DNA of 60,338 nt, counting the filler, from an uncultured bacterium (GTDB taxonomy: Bacteria; Auribacterota; CAZIXI01): the NCBI GenBank assembly GCA_964543115.1. It is 3 parts of 3 records of this genome, joined end to end, with 100 filler letters (N's around TTAATTAATTAA, not from the genome) between each part and the next. Parts side by side here need not be neighbours in the genome. Positions count along the whole stretch, not along the records: positions 20,318 to 40,375 come from CAZIXI010000034.1; positions 40,476 to 60,338 come from CAZIXI010000035.1; 1 more part is not named here. One strand, given 5' to 3'. The notes under the pieces were generated by a model. The model had not been told where the DNA came from. It did no database searches and worked only from the letters and a program-made list of their open reading frames with translations. Numbering within the stretch: the stretch's first letter is position 1; each line of letters begins with the position of its first letter. Made by a program: the position numbers and the translations under genes. This document shows positions 38,492 to 48,277 of the stretch, piece after piece.

Positions 38492-39936
38492 TTGATTTTA
38501 ATCTGGCGGCCGCAGTGGCGGCAGGTGATTGCCGGAGCCTTTAAAGCAGGAGAGATACTCACCACCTTACCGCAGGAACAATTAAAACTTTCCCAGCCGC
38601 CGCCTTTACGATTGTAGGTCGCCTGCGGTGCGGCTGTTTTCCCTGCCGTAACTTTATCCTTTTGCTTAATTGCCTCCCCGGCGGCCATCATGGCCGTGGC
38701 TATTTCCGTTAAGGGAACCTGCAGCTTACGCTGGCAGCGCGGGCAGGTAACTTCCGGTTTATTGTAATTACCCGGCAATTTTATTTTCATCCCGCAGGCG
38801 CAGGCCAGGAAGGCGTAGCCGTTAACCGCCCGTAACAAATCACCCACTTCGCGCGTTTTCTGTTTGCTGCTGGATTCTTTTTCCGTAATAGTCGGTTTAG
38901 TAATCGGAATATTTTCTGTATCAGTAAGCGCGGATTTGGGCATAATAGCGGCTGTCTCCTTTCCCAGGCCGGTCAGGGCCTGCTGATAGGCGGTTAGACT
39001 CACCCCGTGATGCATACTGCGCAGGATCCTGATCCGCTCAGAGGTGGGCGGATGGGTACTGCTCCAGGAAGATAATTTCTTTTTGGTTATTTCGAAAGGA
39101 TTAACAATATACATCGGCGCGGTTACTTTGTTTACTTCCGTTGCTTTTTTAGGGGCAAACCGGGGTGAAGAGATTTTTTGCAGAGCCGAGGCCAATCCTT
39201 CCGGGTAACGGGTGAGCCGGACCGCCGAGGCATCGGCCAGATATTCTCTTTTGCGGGAGATAGCGAGATAAAGCAGGCGGGCGATTAAGGGAGCGAGGAT
39301 CGCAAAGACAATGGCCACGATCATCATAATTGCCTGGGCCTGACCACCGCCGCCGCCGGAGCTGCGTCTGCTGCTGGAACGGCGGGAACCGCCGGAATAC
39401 CAGAGGCTGCGCAGGAAGATCTGGGAAATAAGCACGATACTGCCCAGCATAATACCGGCAAAGGTGCAGAAAAGCACGTCCCGGTTCATGATGTGGGATG
39501 TTTCATGGGCAACAACTCCCTGGAGTTCATCCCGGCGCAGGCGGGAAAGCAGCCCAGAGGTAACGGCGATAGCGCTTTTTTCCGGATTACGGCCCACAGC
39601 GAAGGCGTTGGGCGAGGGATCATCAATGATATAAACTTTAGGAATCTTCGGCAGGCCGGCGGCGATCTTCATTTCTTCAACGATGTTAAACAATTGCGGA
39701 TGGACATCGTGATTGATTTCTTTGGCCTTACTAATGGCCAGGATAATGGAATCACCGGAAAAAAAACTGATCAGAGAGAGAATTACCCAGACCGCAAAAG
39801 CGATCAGCAGTCCGAATACCCCTGCCTGCCTGTGATAGGCCGCGGCAACAATATAACCGAGAAGCAGCAGACAGATCCCCATACAGAAAAAAAGGATCAA
39901 GGATTTCCGTTTATTGGCCTGAATCAATTCCCACAT
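38488..39936 (-). CDS. htpX: HtpX-like M48 membrane metalloprotease with a C-terminal double zinc-ribbon extension
   Basis: Motifs PNAFAVG, GVVAHETSH, REYLADA, STHPP; tail CACG..CPRC and CSCG..CRHCG. Start at MWELIQ (39936) or 39942; the 40008 start overlaps a REP element. Confidence 0.85.
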   Translation of the reverse strand: MWELIQANKRKSLILFFCMGICLLLLGYIVAAAYHRQAGVFGLLIAFAVWVILSLISFFSGDSIILAISKAKEINHDVHPQLFNIVEEMKIAAGLPKIPKVYIIDDPSPNAFAVGRNPEKSAIAVTSGLLSRLRRDELQGVVAHETSHIMNRDVLFCTFAGIMLGSIVLISQIFLRSLWYSGGSRRSSSRRSSGGGGGQAQAIMMIVAIVFAILAPLIARLLYLAISRKREYLADASAVRLTRYPEGLASALQKISSPRFAPKKATEVNKVTAPMYIVNPFEITKKKLSSWSSTHPPTSERIRILRSMHHGVSLTAYQQALTGLGKETAAIMPKSALTDTENIPITKPTITEKESSSKQKTREVGDLLRAVNGYAFLACACGMKIKLPGNYNKPEVTCPRCQRKLQVPLTEIATAMMAAGEAIKQKDKVTAGKTAAPQATYNRKGGGWESFNCSCGKVVSISPALKAPAITCRHCGRQIKIN

Positions 39937-39975
39937 TAACATAAAGCTAATTCCTCGCCTGGACGCGTTTTTGCA

Positions 39976-40064
39976 GTAGGGGACGACCTCCGTGTCGTCC
40001 CGGAACAATTATCAGATCAAAATAACACATTGAATGGCGGGTGGACACAGAGGTCCGCCCCGAC
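39976..40064. repeat. GTAG-family REP doublet (REPIN-like)
   Basis: GTAG-GGGACGAC-ctccgt-GTCGTCCC (39976-40001) and the inverted copy GGGTGGAC-acagag-GTCCGCCC-CGAC (40039-40064). Confidence 0.75.
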
Positions 40065-40073
40065 TATTTCACA

Positions 40074-40375
40074 CTAAAACTGTACTTTCGGTACTTCCCG
40101 CTGGGCCTTGTCTTCGATCTCAAAAAATTCCTCAGTCTTGAAGCCGAACATGCCGGCAACGATGTTGGAAGGGAATACCTGGATCTTGTTATTGAAGAAA
40201 AGTACCTGATCATTATATCCCTGGCGGGCAAAGGCGATTTTGTTTTCAGTGGAAGTGAGCTCTTCCTGCAGGGCAAGAAAGTTCTGATTGGCCTTTAGGT
40301 CCGGATAGTTTTCCACGACCAGAAAGAATTTACCCATGGCTCCGGTTAACGCGCCTTCCGCCTTGGCCTTATCAC
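40074..40375 (-). CDS. lemA: LemA family protein, C-terminal part (5' end lost in gap)
   Basis: VENYPDLKANQNFLALQEELTSTENKIAFARQGYND..FPSNIVA; frame is open to the gap; directly upstream of htpX as is typical. Confidence 0.92.
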
Positions 40376-40475
40376 NNNNNNNNNNNNNNNNNNNNNNNNN
40401 NNNNNNNNNNNNNNNNNNNTTAATTAATTAANNNNNNNNNNNNNNNNNNNNNNNNNNNNNNNNNNNNNNNNNNNN
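40376..40475. other. Artificial contig-join linker (44 N + TTAATTAATTAA + 44 N)
   Basis: Same construct as 20218-20317; truncates lemA on the left and rplW on the right. Confidence 0.97.
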
Positions 40476-40634
40476 CACGCGGTTAAAGAAATATATAAGG
40501 TGGATGTCGTGAAAGTTAATACCATGAATATGCTCGGCAAGAAGCGGCGTGTTCGCATGGCTGAAGGCAAACGGGCGGATTGGAAGAAGGCTATCGTTAC
40601 CCTGAAAAAGGGTGAAGTAATTGAAATTAAATAA
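40476..40634 (+). CDS. rplW: 50S ribosomal protein L23, C-terminal part (not in ORF track)
   Basis: [44 protein letters not shown], immediately upstream of rplB. Confidence 0.92.
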   Translation, partial: HAVKEIYKVDVVKVNTMNMLGKKRRVRMAEGKRADWKKAIVTLKKGEVIEIK

Positions 40635-40645
40635 TAGAGGTCAAT

Positions 40646-41482
40646 ATGGCAATTAAAGTATACAAACCCACTACCGCTTCACGGCGCTGGATGACCGGTT
40701 ATGATTTTAAGGGTTTAACAGACAAAAAACCGGAGAAAAGCCTTAGTAAACGGATGAGTCGTTCAGGCGGCCGTAACTCCCAGGGACGAATTACTTCCCG
40801 TTACCGGGGCGGCGGTCATCGGAAGATTTATCGGATGGTTGATTTCAAACGGGATAAAGTTAATATTCCCGCAAAAGTAGCGGCGATAGAATATGATCCT
40901 AACCGCAGTGCCCGGTTGGCCCTGCTGCACTATGTTGACGGGGAAAAAAGATATATTATTGCTCCTCAGGGTTTAGTCGTCGGGCAGAAGGTTCTTTCCG
41001 GAGACAAAGCCGAAGTGGAGACGGGTAACAGTTTATTTCTTAAAGATATTCCGATAGGTGTTACTATTCATAATATTGAGTTATTTAAGGGTAGAGGCGG
41101 TGTTTTAGTGCGTTCTGCCGGTAATGGCGCTCAGATAATTTCCAAAGAAGGAGGCTATGCTCATATTAAGCTTCCTTCCGGTGAAATTCGGCTTGTGTCC
41201 CTGGATTGCCGGGCAACTATTGGGCAGATAGGGAATATTGAACATGGAAGTATTTCTCTTGGTAAGGCCGGAAGGTCACGTTGGCTGGGGCGAAATCCCC
41301 GGGTGCGTGGTGTGGCCATGAATCCGGTTGATCACCCGATGGGCGGCGGTGAAGGAAAATCTTCGGGGGGCCGAAATCCCTGTTCCCCCTGGGGTATGCC
41401 GGCCAAGGGATTTAAGACACGGCGTAAGAAGAAAACCAGTAAATTCGTTTTAAAACCGCGAAAAGGCAAGGCTAAGTCCTAA
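40646..41482 (+). CDS. rplB: 50S ribosomal protein L2
   Basis: Motifs [36 protein letters not shown]. Confidence 0.98.
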   Translation: MAIKVYKPTTASRRWMTGYDFKGLTDKKPEKSLSKRMSRSGGRNSQGRITSRYRGGGHRKIYRMVDFKRDKVNIPAKVAAIEYDPNRSARLALLHYVDGEKRYIIAPQGLVVGQKVLSGDKAEVETGNSLFLKDIPIGVTIHNIELFKGRGGVLVRSAGNGAQIISKEGGYAHIKLPSGEIRLVSLDCRATIGQIGNIEHGSISLGKAGRSRWLGRNPRVRGVAMNPVDHPMGGGEGKSSGGRNPCSPWGMPAKGFKTRRKKKTSKFVLKPRKGKAKS

Positions 41483-41520
41483 GTTTTTAATCTGAGAAGT
41501 AGTATTCAAGGAGGAGTAAT

Positions 41521-41802
41521 TTGCGTTCAATTGCTAAAGGTCCTTATGTGGATCAGAAATTACTGAAAAAGGTTCAGCGGGCAAGCAGGTCCGGCAGCCG
41601 CCAGGCAATAAAGACCTGGTCCCGGCGGACGGTGATTATCCCGGAGTTTGTCGGAGTAACGTTTGCGGTTCATAACGGGAAAAAGTTCCTGCCGGTTTAT
41701 GTGACGGAGAGTATGGTTGGTCATAAACTGGGTGAGTTTTCACCCACTAGAATATTTCGGAAGCATGGGTCTCATACTGAAGTGTCACTGGATAAGACAT
41801 AG
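41521..41802 (+). CDS. rpsS: 30S ribosomal protein S19
   Basis: [29 protein letters not shown] start after GGAGGAG. Confidence 0.97.
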   Translation: MRSIAKGPYVDQKLLKKVQRASRSGSRQAIKTWSRRTVIIPEFVGVTFAVHNGKKFLPVYVTESMVGHKLGEFSPTRIFRKHGSHTEVSLDKT

Positions 41803-41826
41803 TTTTGCATTTAAAGGGAAAATGAT

Positions 41827-42312
41827 ATGGAAACCAGAGCAGTAAGCAGATTTGTAAGGATTTCGCCGAGAAAAACGAGATTGGTAGTGGACCTAATCAG
41901 GGGACAGAGAGCATCGTCTTCTTTGCAAATGTTGAATGTTATGAATAAGAAGGCAGCCGGGGTGGTGGCGAAGACGCTCAAATCAGCTATCGCTAACGCG
42001 CAGCAGAAGGAAGTCGAGGTTAATAATCTCTGGATTAAAACGGCACTGGTTGACGGCGGTCCTGTCTATAAAAGATATTTGTCGAGGGCTATGGGCCGGG
42101 CGACTGTGATTAAGCGGCCGACAAGCCATATTACGTTAATTCTGTCTGATGAGACCGCCGGGGCAAAGCCGCAGCCAGCCAGCGAACAAAAAGAAGAGAC
42201 TAAACGGCGCCGGTTGTTTAAGCGGAAAACCAAGGCCCAAGAGCCTAAAGAAAAAGAGGCAGTTAAACGTAAATCTCCGGCAAAGAAGACTAAGGGAAAA
42301 ACTAAGAATTAA
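41827..42312 (+). CDS. rplV: 50S ribosomal protein L22 with Lys-rich C-terminal extension
   Basis: RISPRKTRLV, KSAIANA, RAMGRA, TSHITL. Confidence 0.97.
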   Translation: METRAVSRFVRISPRKTRLVVDLIRGQRASSSLQMLNVMNKKAAGVVAKTLKSAIANAQQKEVEVNNLWIKTALVDGGPVYKRYLSRAMGRATVIKRPTSHITLILSDETAGAKPQPASEQKEETKRRRLFKRKTKAQEPKEKEAVKRKSPAKKTKGKTKN

Positions 42313-42327
42313 TTTGCGAGGTGAATA

Positions 42328-43035
42328 GTGGGACAGAAAGTAAATCCGATTGGATTCAGGGTAGGCATTAATCAGGATTGGCGATCGAAATGGTTCGCGG
42401 AAAAGAAGGATTTTGGGCGTTTTCTGGGGGAAGATTTAAAAATTCGTAAATATATTAAAAATAAGCTTAATTTCGCGGCTGTTTCAAAAATCGTTATTGA
42501 AAAATCTTTGGACCGGATGCGTATTGTGATTCATGCCGCTCGCCCCGGAATCATTATCGGGCGCAGGGGGGAGGCTATCGACCGGCTGAAAGAAGAAGTA
42601 GCCAACTTTACCAATAAAGAACTTTTTATTGATATTGAAGAGGTAAAAGTACCGGAATTGGATGCCCAACTGGTAAGTGAAAATATCGCCCTGCAGCTGG
42701 TAAGACGTGTGGCCTACCGGAGAGCTATGAAGAGGGCAATTCAACAGTCAATGATGTTAGGGGCAAAGGGTATTAAGATATTGATAAGCGGACGTTTGGG
42801 GGGAGCAGAGATTGCCCGGAAAGAGAAATATCATGAAGGCAGTGTCCCCTTACAGACGATTAGAGCGGATATAGATTATGGTTTTGCTATTGCGAGTACC
42901 ACTTATGGGACTATTGGGGTTAAAGCGTGGATCTATAAGGGAGATATTTATCCTGAACAAAAACAAGAAGTGGTAGTGGCTAAGGAAGAGGAAAAAACAG
43001 CTGTGCCAGAGAAGAAAGAACCGGGAAAATCATAA
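42328..43035 (+). CDS. rpsC: 30S ribosomal protein S3
   Basis: GQKVNPIGFR, RPGIIIGRRG, GRLGGAEIAR, PLQTIRADIDY. Confidence 0.98.
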   Translation: MGQKVNPIGFRVGINQDWRSKWFAEKKDFGRFLGEDLKIRKYIKNKLNFAAVSKIVIEKSLDRMRIVIHAARPGIIIGRRGEAIDRLKEEVANFTNKELFIDIEEVKVPELDAQLVSENIALQLVRRVAYRRAMKRAIQQSMMLGAKGIKILISGRLGGAEIARKEKYHEGSVPLQTIRADIDYGFAIASTTYGTIGVKAWIYKGDIYPEQKQEVVVAKEEEKTAVPEKKEPGKS

Positions 43036-43054
43036 TAATACGGGGTAATTGATT

Positions 43055-43465
43055 ATGCCTTTGATGCCTAAAAGAGTTAAGTATCGTAAAGCCCATAAGG
43101 GAAGAATACGCGGATACGCGACCAGCGGAACGCGGGTGACTTTTGGTGAATTTGGATTACAGGCCTTAGAAGGGGGCTGGATATCTAATATTCAAATTGA
43201 AGCGGCCCGGGTAGCTTTTACCAGGCACATGAAACGCCGGGGTAAGATGTGGATTTGTGTTTTTCCCGATAAACCAATTACGGCAAAGCCGGCGGAAACC
43301 AGAATGGGTAAAGGAAAGGGAGCTCCGGTTGGCTGGGTGGCGCCGGTTAAACCGGGACGGATATTGTTTGAGTTAGCCGGGATTCCCGAAGCTCTGGCCC
43401 GGGAATCGCTGCGTTTAGCGGCAGCCAAATTATCATTAAGAACTAAGTTTGTCTGGCGAATATAG
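43055..43465 (+). CDS. rplP: 50S ribosomal protein L16
   Basis: [32 protein letters not shown]. Confidence 0.97.
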   Translation: MPLMPKRVKYRKAHKGRIRGYATSGTRVTFGEFGLQALEGGWISNIQIEAARVAFTRHMKRRGKMWICVFPDKPITAKPAETRMGKGKGAPVGWVAPVKPGRILFELAGIPEALARESLRLAAAKLSLRTKFVWRI

Positions 43466-43483
43466 TTTAACTAGAGGTGCCTT

Positions 43484-43690
43484 ATGGCAATAAAAATCGG
43501 TGAATTACGGGATAAGAGTACGGATGAATTGAAACAGCAATTGCGGGAGCTTCAGGAGGAGATGTTCAATCTCAGAAGCCGCCGGTCAATTGGACAGATT
43601 GAAAGACCTCATCATTATAGTGAAGTGCGTAAGTCGATTGCCAGGATAAAGACTATCCTTAATCAACGTGAGCGCGAAGCCAGGAGCTAA
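43484..43690 (+). CDS. rpmC: 50S ribosomal protein L29
   Basis: ELRDKSTDEL..FNLR..VRKSIARIKT; operon position. Confidence 0.95.
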   Translation: MAIKIGELRDKSTDELKQQLRELQEEMFNLRSRRSIGQIERPHHYSEVRKSIARIKTILNQREREARS

Positions 43691-43728
43691 GCAATTAGAG
43701 CCCTATGGCATTAAAAGGAGTAATAAAA

Positions 43729-44034
43729 ATGCAGCAGCGAGGTAAGAGAAAGGTAAGAAAAGGCAGGGTAGTTGGTGATAAAATGGATAAGACAGCCGTT
43801 GTTGTTGTCGAACGAAGGCTTCCTCATCCTCTTTATCGCAAGGTCGTTAAAATGGCCAAAAAATTTAAGGCTGATAATCCTGAGAATAATGCCCGCAGGG
43901 GTGATTGGGTAGAAATTATGGAGACCAGACCGCTTAGTAAGGACAAACGCTGGCGGATAACGAGAATTATCAGAAAGACCAAGGAGCGCGAGTTAGCCGC
44001 TGAAGAAGCAGCAGCCGCCGAGATGGAAAAATAA
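43729..44034 (+). CDS. rpsQ: 30S ribosomal protein S17
   Basis: [29 protein letters not shown]; start at ATG 43729 after AAGGAG. Confidence 0.96.
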   Translation: MQQRGKRKVRKGRVVGDKMDKTAVVVVERRLPHPLYRKVVKMAKKFKADNPENNARRGDWVEIMETRPLSKDKRWRITRIIRKTKERELAAEEAAAAEMEK

Positions 44035-44052
44035 TCAGGAGATTAATTTGTT

Positions 44053-44421
44053 ATGATTCAGATGTTGACGCAGTTAGGTGTGGCAGATAATACCGGAGCT
44101 CGAACGGTTTCCTGTATTAAGGTGCTTGGCGGATCCCGAAAAAGATACGCGAGTCTTGGGGATATTATTGTTGCGGCGGTTAAGACCGCTATTCCTGAGG
44201 GGATGGTTAAAAAAGGAGAAGTAGTTAAGGCTGTCGTAGTTAGGACTAAAAGGCAAATCCGGCGGGATGACGGTTCCTATATAAAGTTTGACCATAATGC
44301 TGTAGTTGTTATTGATGATAACCTGAATCCGCGGGGGACACGGGTGTTCGGTCCTGTTGCCAGGGAATTGCGGGAGAAGAATTTTACTAAGATTCTTTCT
44401 CTGGCCCCGGAAGTAGTCTAA
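44053..44421 (+). CDS. rplN: 50S ribosomal protein L14
   Basis: [35 protein letters not shown]. Confidence 0.98.
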   Translation: MIQMLTQLGVADNTGARTVSCIKVLGGSRKRYASLGDIIVAAVKTAIPEGMVKKGEVVKAVVVRTKRQIRRDDGSYIKFDHNAVVVIDDNLNPRGTRVFGPVARELREKNFTKILSLAPEVV

Positions 44422-44445
44422 TTTTGCCTGGAGAGTGAAAAAGGG

Positions 44446-44760
44446 ATGAAAATTAAAATTCGTAAAGATGATAAAGTAGTTGTTGTTGCCGGAAAGGATA
44501 AAGGCAAGACGGGCAAGGTGATGCGGGTTATGCCGAAGCGGAACAGGCTGATTGTCAGCGGGGTAAATATGCTTAAACGTCATGTCCGGCCGAATCGGGA
44601 TATGCAGCAGGGCGGCATTATCGATAGAGAAAGTTCGATTGCTGTTGCTAACGTGATGCTTTATTGCGGCAAGTGCGGGCGCGGGGTCCGGTTGGGGATT
44701 AAACGGCTGCCCGATGGTACAAGAATGAGATACTGTAAGAAATGTGAGTTGGAAGTATAG
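44446..44760 (+). CDS. rplX: 50S ribosomal protein L24
   Basis: DDKVVVVAGKDKGKTGKV, VSGVN, SNV-like ANVML. Confidence 0.97.
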   Translation: MKIKIRKDDKVVVVAGKDKGKTGKVMRVMPKRNRLIVSGVNMLKRHVRPNRDMQQGGIIDRESSIAVANVMLYCGKCGRGVRLGIKRLPDGTRMRYCKKCELEV

Positions 44761-44808
44761 AAAACCAGTGATTAGTGATTAGTAACTAGAAAATAGAAGG
44801 TGTTTAGT

Positions 44809-45358
44809 ATGGCAAGATTAGCAGAAAGATACAAAAATGAAATTGTTCCGCGGATGCAGAAGGATTTTAACCTTAAAAATCCCTTACAAGTGCCCCGGTT
44901 GAAGAAAATTGTTCTTAATATGGGAGTGGGGGATGCGGCCCGGTAAGCTTCTGGATGATGCCAGCAGCGAATTGGCCATGATTGCCGGGCAACGGCCGAT
45001 TATTACCAAAAGCCGCAAAAGTATAGCAGGCTTTAAAATTCGGGCTAATATACCGATTGGCTGCAAGGTGACACTGCGGGGTAAGCGAATGTATGAATTC
45101 CTTGACCGGTTTATTTCTGTGGTTGTTCCCCGGATGAGGGATTTCCGGGGTTTTCCGGCAAATAGTTTTGACAATAACGGAAATTATTCTTTTGGTCTGG
45201 ATGAACAGACCGTGTTTCCGGAATTGGACCTGGATAAGATTAAGCGTACCCAGGGAATGGATATTACGATTGTTACCAGTGCGAGCAATAAAGAAAAGGC
45301 CAAGGGGCTGTTGGATTGTTTCGGATTTCCTTTTGTCCGCACTACGCAGGAAGAATAG
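44809..45358 (+). pseudogene. rplE: 50S ribosomal protein L5, frameshifted in this sequence (likely assembly/sequencing error)
   Basis: ATG 44809 gives [27 protein letters not shown] then TAA at 44944; the remainder ([30 protein letters not shown]) is in the +1 frame to TAG 45358. Confidence 0.85.
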
Positions 45359-45484
45359 CATAATCCCGCCGTTTCCGCTCGGGCGGCAGGCCCGATTGGG
45401 AGATTTGATCCGGAAACCATTCATGTTGTGATGGATTGTTTGGCGGTTCGGATAAGGGCGGGGAAAAGTGGAGATTGATAAGTA

Positions 45485-45670
45485 ATGGCTAAGAAGTGTC
45501 TTGTCGAGAAATGTCAAAAAAAGCCAAAATTTAAAGTGCGTGCCTATTGCCGTTGCCAGCGTTGCGGCCGGCGGCGGGCATATCTAAGGAAATTTCATTT
45601 GTGCCGAATTTGTTTCCGGGAATTGGCTCTGAAGGGGCAGATCCCCGGCGTGACTAAGGCCAGCTGGTAG
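45485..45670 (+). CDS. rpsN: 30S ribosomal protein S14, short zinc-binding type
   Basis: 61 aa; [26 protein letters not shown]. Confidence 0.97.
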   Translation: MAKKCLVEKCQKKPKFKVRAYCRCQRCGRRRAYLRKFHLCRICFRELALKGQIPGVTKASW

Positions 45671-45766
45671 ATCCTGGTTGATGGTTATTTTTTCAGGGAT
45701 TGTTGATTAGGGTAATCCCGCATTTTGGCGAATTGCGCCTGGATACAGGAGTGAAGTGAGGTAAAT

Positions 45767-46177
45767 ATGAGTATGATGGATCCCTTAGCGGATATGTATA
45801 CAAGGATTCGTAATGCCAGTCGTGTGGGGAAGGAAGTTGTGGATATTCCTTCTTCGAACATGAAAAAGGCTATTGTCGATATACTTAAGCGGGAAGGTTT
45901 TCTGGAGACCTATAAGGTACTTGAAGATAATCAGCGCGGTTTTATTCGGGCTAAGCTCAAATATACCAAGAATGAAAAAAGCGGAAGAAAAGGCGTAATT
46001 ACCAATATTAAACAAATCAGCCGCCCGGGCTTAAGGCGTTATGTGGGAGTTACTGAAGTGCCGAAGGTATATGGAGGATTGGGGGTCGCGCTTATCAGTA
46101 CGTCTCAGGGAATTCTTACAGACGATCAATGCCGGCAGCAAAAGGTTGGCGGTGAGTTGCTCTGTTATATTTGGTAA
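45767..46177 (+). CDS. rpsH: 30S ribosomal protein S8
   Basis: DPLADMYTRIRNA, ISRPGLRRY, ISTSQG, GGELLCYIW. Confidence 0.98.
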   Translation: MSMMDPLADMYTRIRNASRVGKEVVDIPSSNMKKAIVDILKREGFLETYKVLEDNQRGFIRAKLKYTKNEKSGRKGVITNIKQISRPGLRRYVGVTEVPKVYGGLGVALISTSQGILTDDQCRQQKVGGELLCYIW

Positions 46178-46213
46178 GGCAAGGATTTTGAAATATATTA
46201 ATAAGGAGTAGAG

Positions 46214-46768
46214 ATGTCACGGATAGGTAAAATACCGATTGAGATTCCGAGCGGGGTTAAAGTAGAGATTAAGGATGGGCGTGTTGCTATCCAGGGACCT
46301 TTAGGGAAACTGGAACAGCATGTTCGGCCGGAGATTACCCCGAAAACAGAAGAGAACAAATTGCGGGTAACCCGCCGGGGAGATACCGCCCGGGAAAAGG
46401 CCCTGCATGGGCTGTACCAGAGATTATTGAGTAATATGGTTATTGGCGTTACGAAAGGATTTGAAAAGGATCTCCAGATTATCGGAGTCGGTTACCGGGC
46501 AAAAATGGAAGGCAAGAGTCTTGTTCTGCAATTGGGCTTTTCTCATCCGGTAAAATTTCCCGTGCCGGAAGGGATCAACGTAGCGGTAGCCGATAATACA
46601 AAAATAAATGTTAAGGGCATTGATAAACAGCTGGTGGGTGAAGTGGCCGCGGAGATTCGCAGATATTACCCGCCGGAACCATACAAAGGAAAGGGTATCA
46701 GGTATAAAGATGAATATGTGCGCCGGAAGGCCGGTAAGGCTGTCGGCGGCAAAGGCGCGACTAAATAA
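46214..46768 (+). CDS. rplF: 50S ribosomal protein L6
   Basis: MSRIGKIP, GVGYRA, LGFSHP, PEPYKGKGIRY. Confidence 0.98.
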   Translation: MSRIGKIPIEIPSGVKVEIKDGRVAIQGPLGKLEQHVRPEITPKTEENKLRVTRRGDTAREKALHGLYQRLLSNMVIGVTKGFEKDLQIIGVGYRAKMEGKSLVLQLGFSHPVKFPVPEGINVAVADNTKINVKGIDKQLVGEVAAEIRRYYPPEPYKGKGIRYKDEYVRRKAGKAVGGKGATK

Positions 46769-46778
46769 CAGGTGAATT

Positions 46779-47147
46779 ATGAAAATTAGAGATAGCAAAG
46801 TAGCCCGGAAGAAAAGACATCAACGGTTGAGGCAGAAAGTTGTCGGAACACAAGAGCGCCCGCGGATAAGTTTTCACCGCAGCCTTAAACATATGTATAT
46901 ACAGCTTATTGATGACCTTAACGGGCAGAGTTTGCTGTCTTGTTCTTCTCAGGGGAAAGATTTTCGCGAGAAATATGCTGAAAAGAAAAATAATAAGAAA
47001 ACGGCGGCGACCCTGGGGGAAATTGTGGCGGATAAAGCGATTGCTAAAGGAATTAAGAAGGTAGTTTTTGATAGAGGGGGATACAGGTATCACGGCCGGG
47101 TTAAGGAGTTAGCGGATGCCGCCCGGAAAAAAGGATTACAGTTCTAA
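46779..47147 (+). CDS. rplR: 50S ribosomal protein L18
   Basis: [29 protein letters not shown]. Confidence 0.97.
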   Translation: MKIRDSKVARKKRHQRLRQKVVGTQERPRISFHRSLKHMYIQLIDDLNGQSLLSCSSQGKDFREKYAEKKNNKKTAATLGEIVADKAIAKGIKKVVFDRGGYRYHGRVKELADAARKKGLQF

Positions 47148-47182
47148 GACGCGATGTATACGCGTTTGACAAGGAGGATACA

Positions 47183-47746
47183 TTGGCCAAAGAGGTAAAA
47201 CCTAAAATTGATAAGGGAAGATCACGGGGTAATTTTCGTCGCCAGAAACCGCCTGTTGTGGATGGGGACAAAGAGCAGCTGAAGGAAAAAGTGGTTTTTA
47301 TTAACAGGTGTGCCAAGGTTGTTAAAGGTGGCCGCCGTTTCAGTTTTAGCGCGCTTGTTGTTGTCGGTGATGGAAAAGGCCAGGTGGGCTATGGTTTTGG
47401 GAAGGCCAATGAGGTTCCTGAGGCAATTCGCAAGGCGAATGAGTCGGCAAGGAAGAGCCTGGTAGCGGTATTTTTAAGGGATAATACGATTCCCTATGCC
47501 GTTTTGGGTAGATTCGCTTCCGGGCGGGTAATGTTGAAGCCTGCCGCTCCGGGAACGGGAATTATTGCCGGCGGAGGCGTACGGGCAGTAGTGGAGCTGG
47601 CCGGAGTTAAGGATATTTTAACTAAGTCCATGGGATCTTCCAGCCCGATTAATGTTGTGAAAGCAACTCTGGCTGGTTTGCAGTCATTACAGGATCCGCA
47701 GGCGGTACGCAGGGCCAGGCTCGCCGGTGTTAGAGGAGATATTTAA
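47183..47746 (+). CDS. rpsE: 30S ribosomal protein S5
   Basis: [38 protein letters not shown]. Confidence 0.98.
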   Translation: MAKEVKPKIDKGRSRGNFRRQKPPVVDGDKEQLKEKVVFINRCAKVVKGGRRFSFSALVVVGDGKGQVGYGFGKANEVPEAIRKANESARKSLVAVFLRDNTIPYAVLGRFASGRVMLKPAAPGTGIIAGGGVRAVVELAGVKDILTKSMGSSSPINVVKATLAGLQSLQDPQAVRRARLAGVRGDI

Positions 47747-48277
47747 ATGAAGTTAAATGAATTGAAGAATACACCGGGTGCCAGGAAGAAGGCTAAAGTA
47801 GTGGGCCGGGGACCGGGTTCCGGTCATGGTAAGACCTCCTGCCGGGGGCATAAAGGGCAATTGGCGCGCGCGGGCAGCGGTAAGAAGCTGGGCTATGAAG
47901 GCGGTCAGATGCCTCTTTATCGAAGGATTCCCAAAAAAGGGTTCACAAATATTTTTCGAAGAGATTACGCTATTATTAACGTGGATTCATTGAATAAATT
48001 TTCTAAAGAAAATGAGGTAGTTCCTGAACTCCTGTATAAATCGGGCATGGCCGATAAAGGCATTCCGATCAAGATTCTTGGTAACGGTGAGTTTAAAGGT
48101 AAGAATAAAATTGTTGCCCATAAATTCAGGCAATCGGCACGGGAAAAGATTACTAAGGCCGGCGGCAGCGTAGAAGAAGTGCCTTTTAGAAAAAAATCTA
48201 TAAAATCCAGTTCTGGCAGCCCAAAGCAAAACAAGGAACTGACTAATAAGAGCGGCGAAAAGGGGAAGGAAGAATAG
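47747..48277 (+). CDS. rplO: 50S ribosomal protein L15
   Basis: GRGPGSGHGKT, GHKGQLAR, EGGQMPLYRRIPKKGF. Confidence 0.97.
   Translation: MKLNELKNTPGARKKAKVVGRGPGSGHGKTSCRGHKGQLARAGSGKKLGYEGGQMPLYRRIPKKGFTNIFRRDYAIINVDSLNKFSKENEVVPELLYKSGMADKGIPIKILGNGEFKGKNKIVAHKFRQSAREKITKAGGSVEEVPFRKKSIKSSSGSPKQNKELTNKSGEKGKEE

Noticed and set aside
39937..40008. N-terminal extension of HtpX (MFRDDTEVVP..)
   Set aside because: It is read through a REP hairpin; hydrophobic HtpX-like sequence starts at MWELIQ.
44941..44947. Programmed +1 frameshift in rplE at CGG-TAA-G
   Set aside because: The P-site codon cannot re-pair in the +1 frame and the product would still lack two conserved-length residues; a deletion or error explains it better.
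45359..45766. Structured-looking spacers around rpsN as possible autoregulatory RNA leaders
   Set aside because: Only short imperfect stems are visible and I cannot match them to a known r-protein leader without a covariance search.
41827..48277. Lys-rich extensions on L22, S3, S5 and L15
   Set aside because: Low-complexity terminal extensions are common in many lineages and are not distinctive here.
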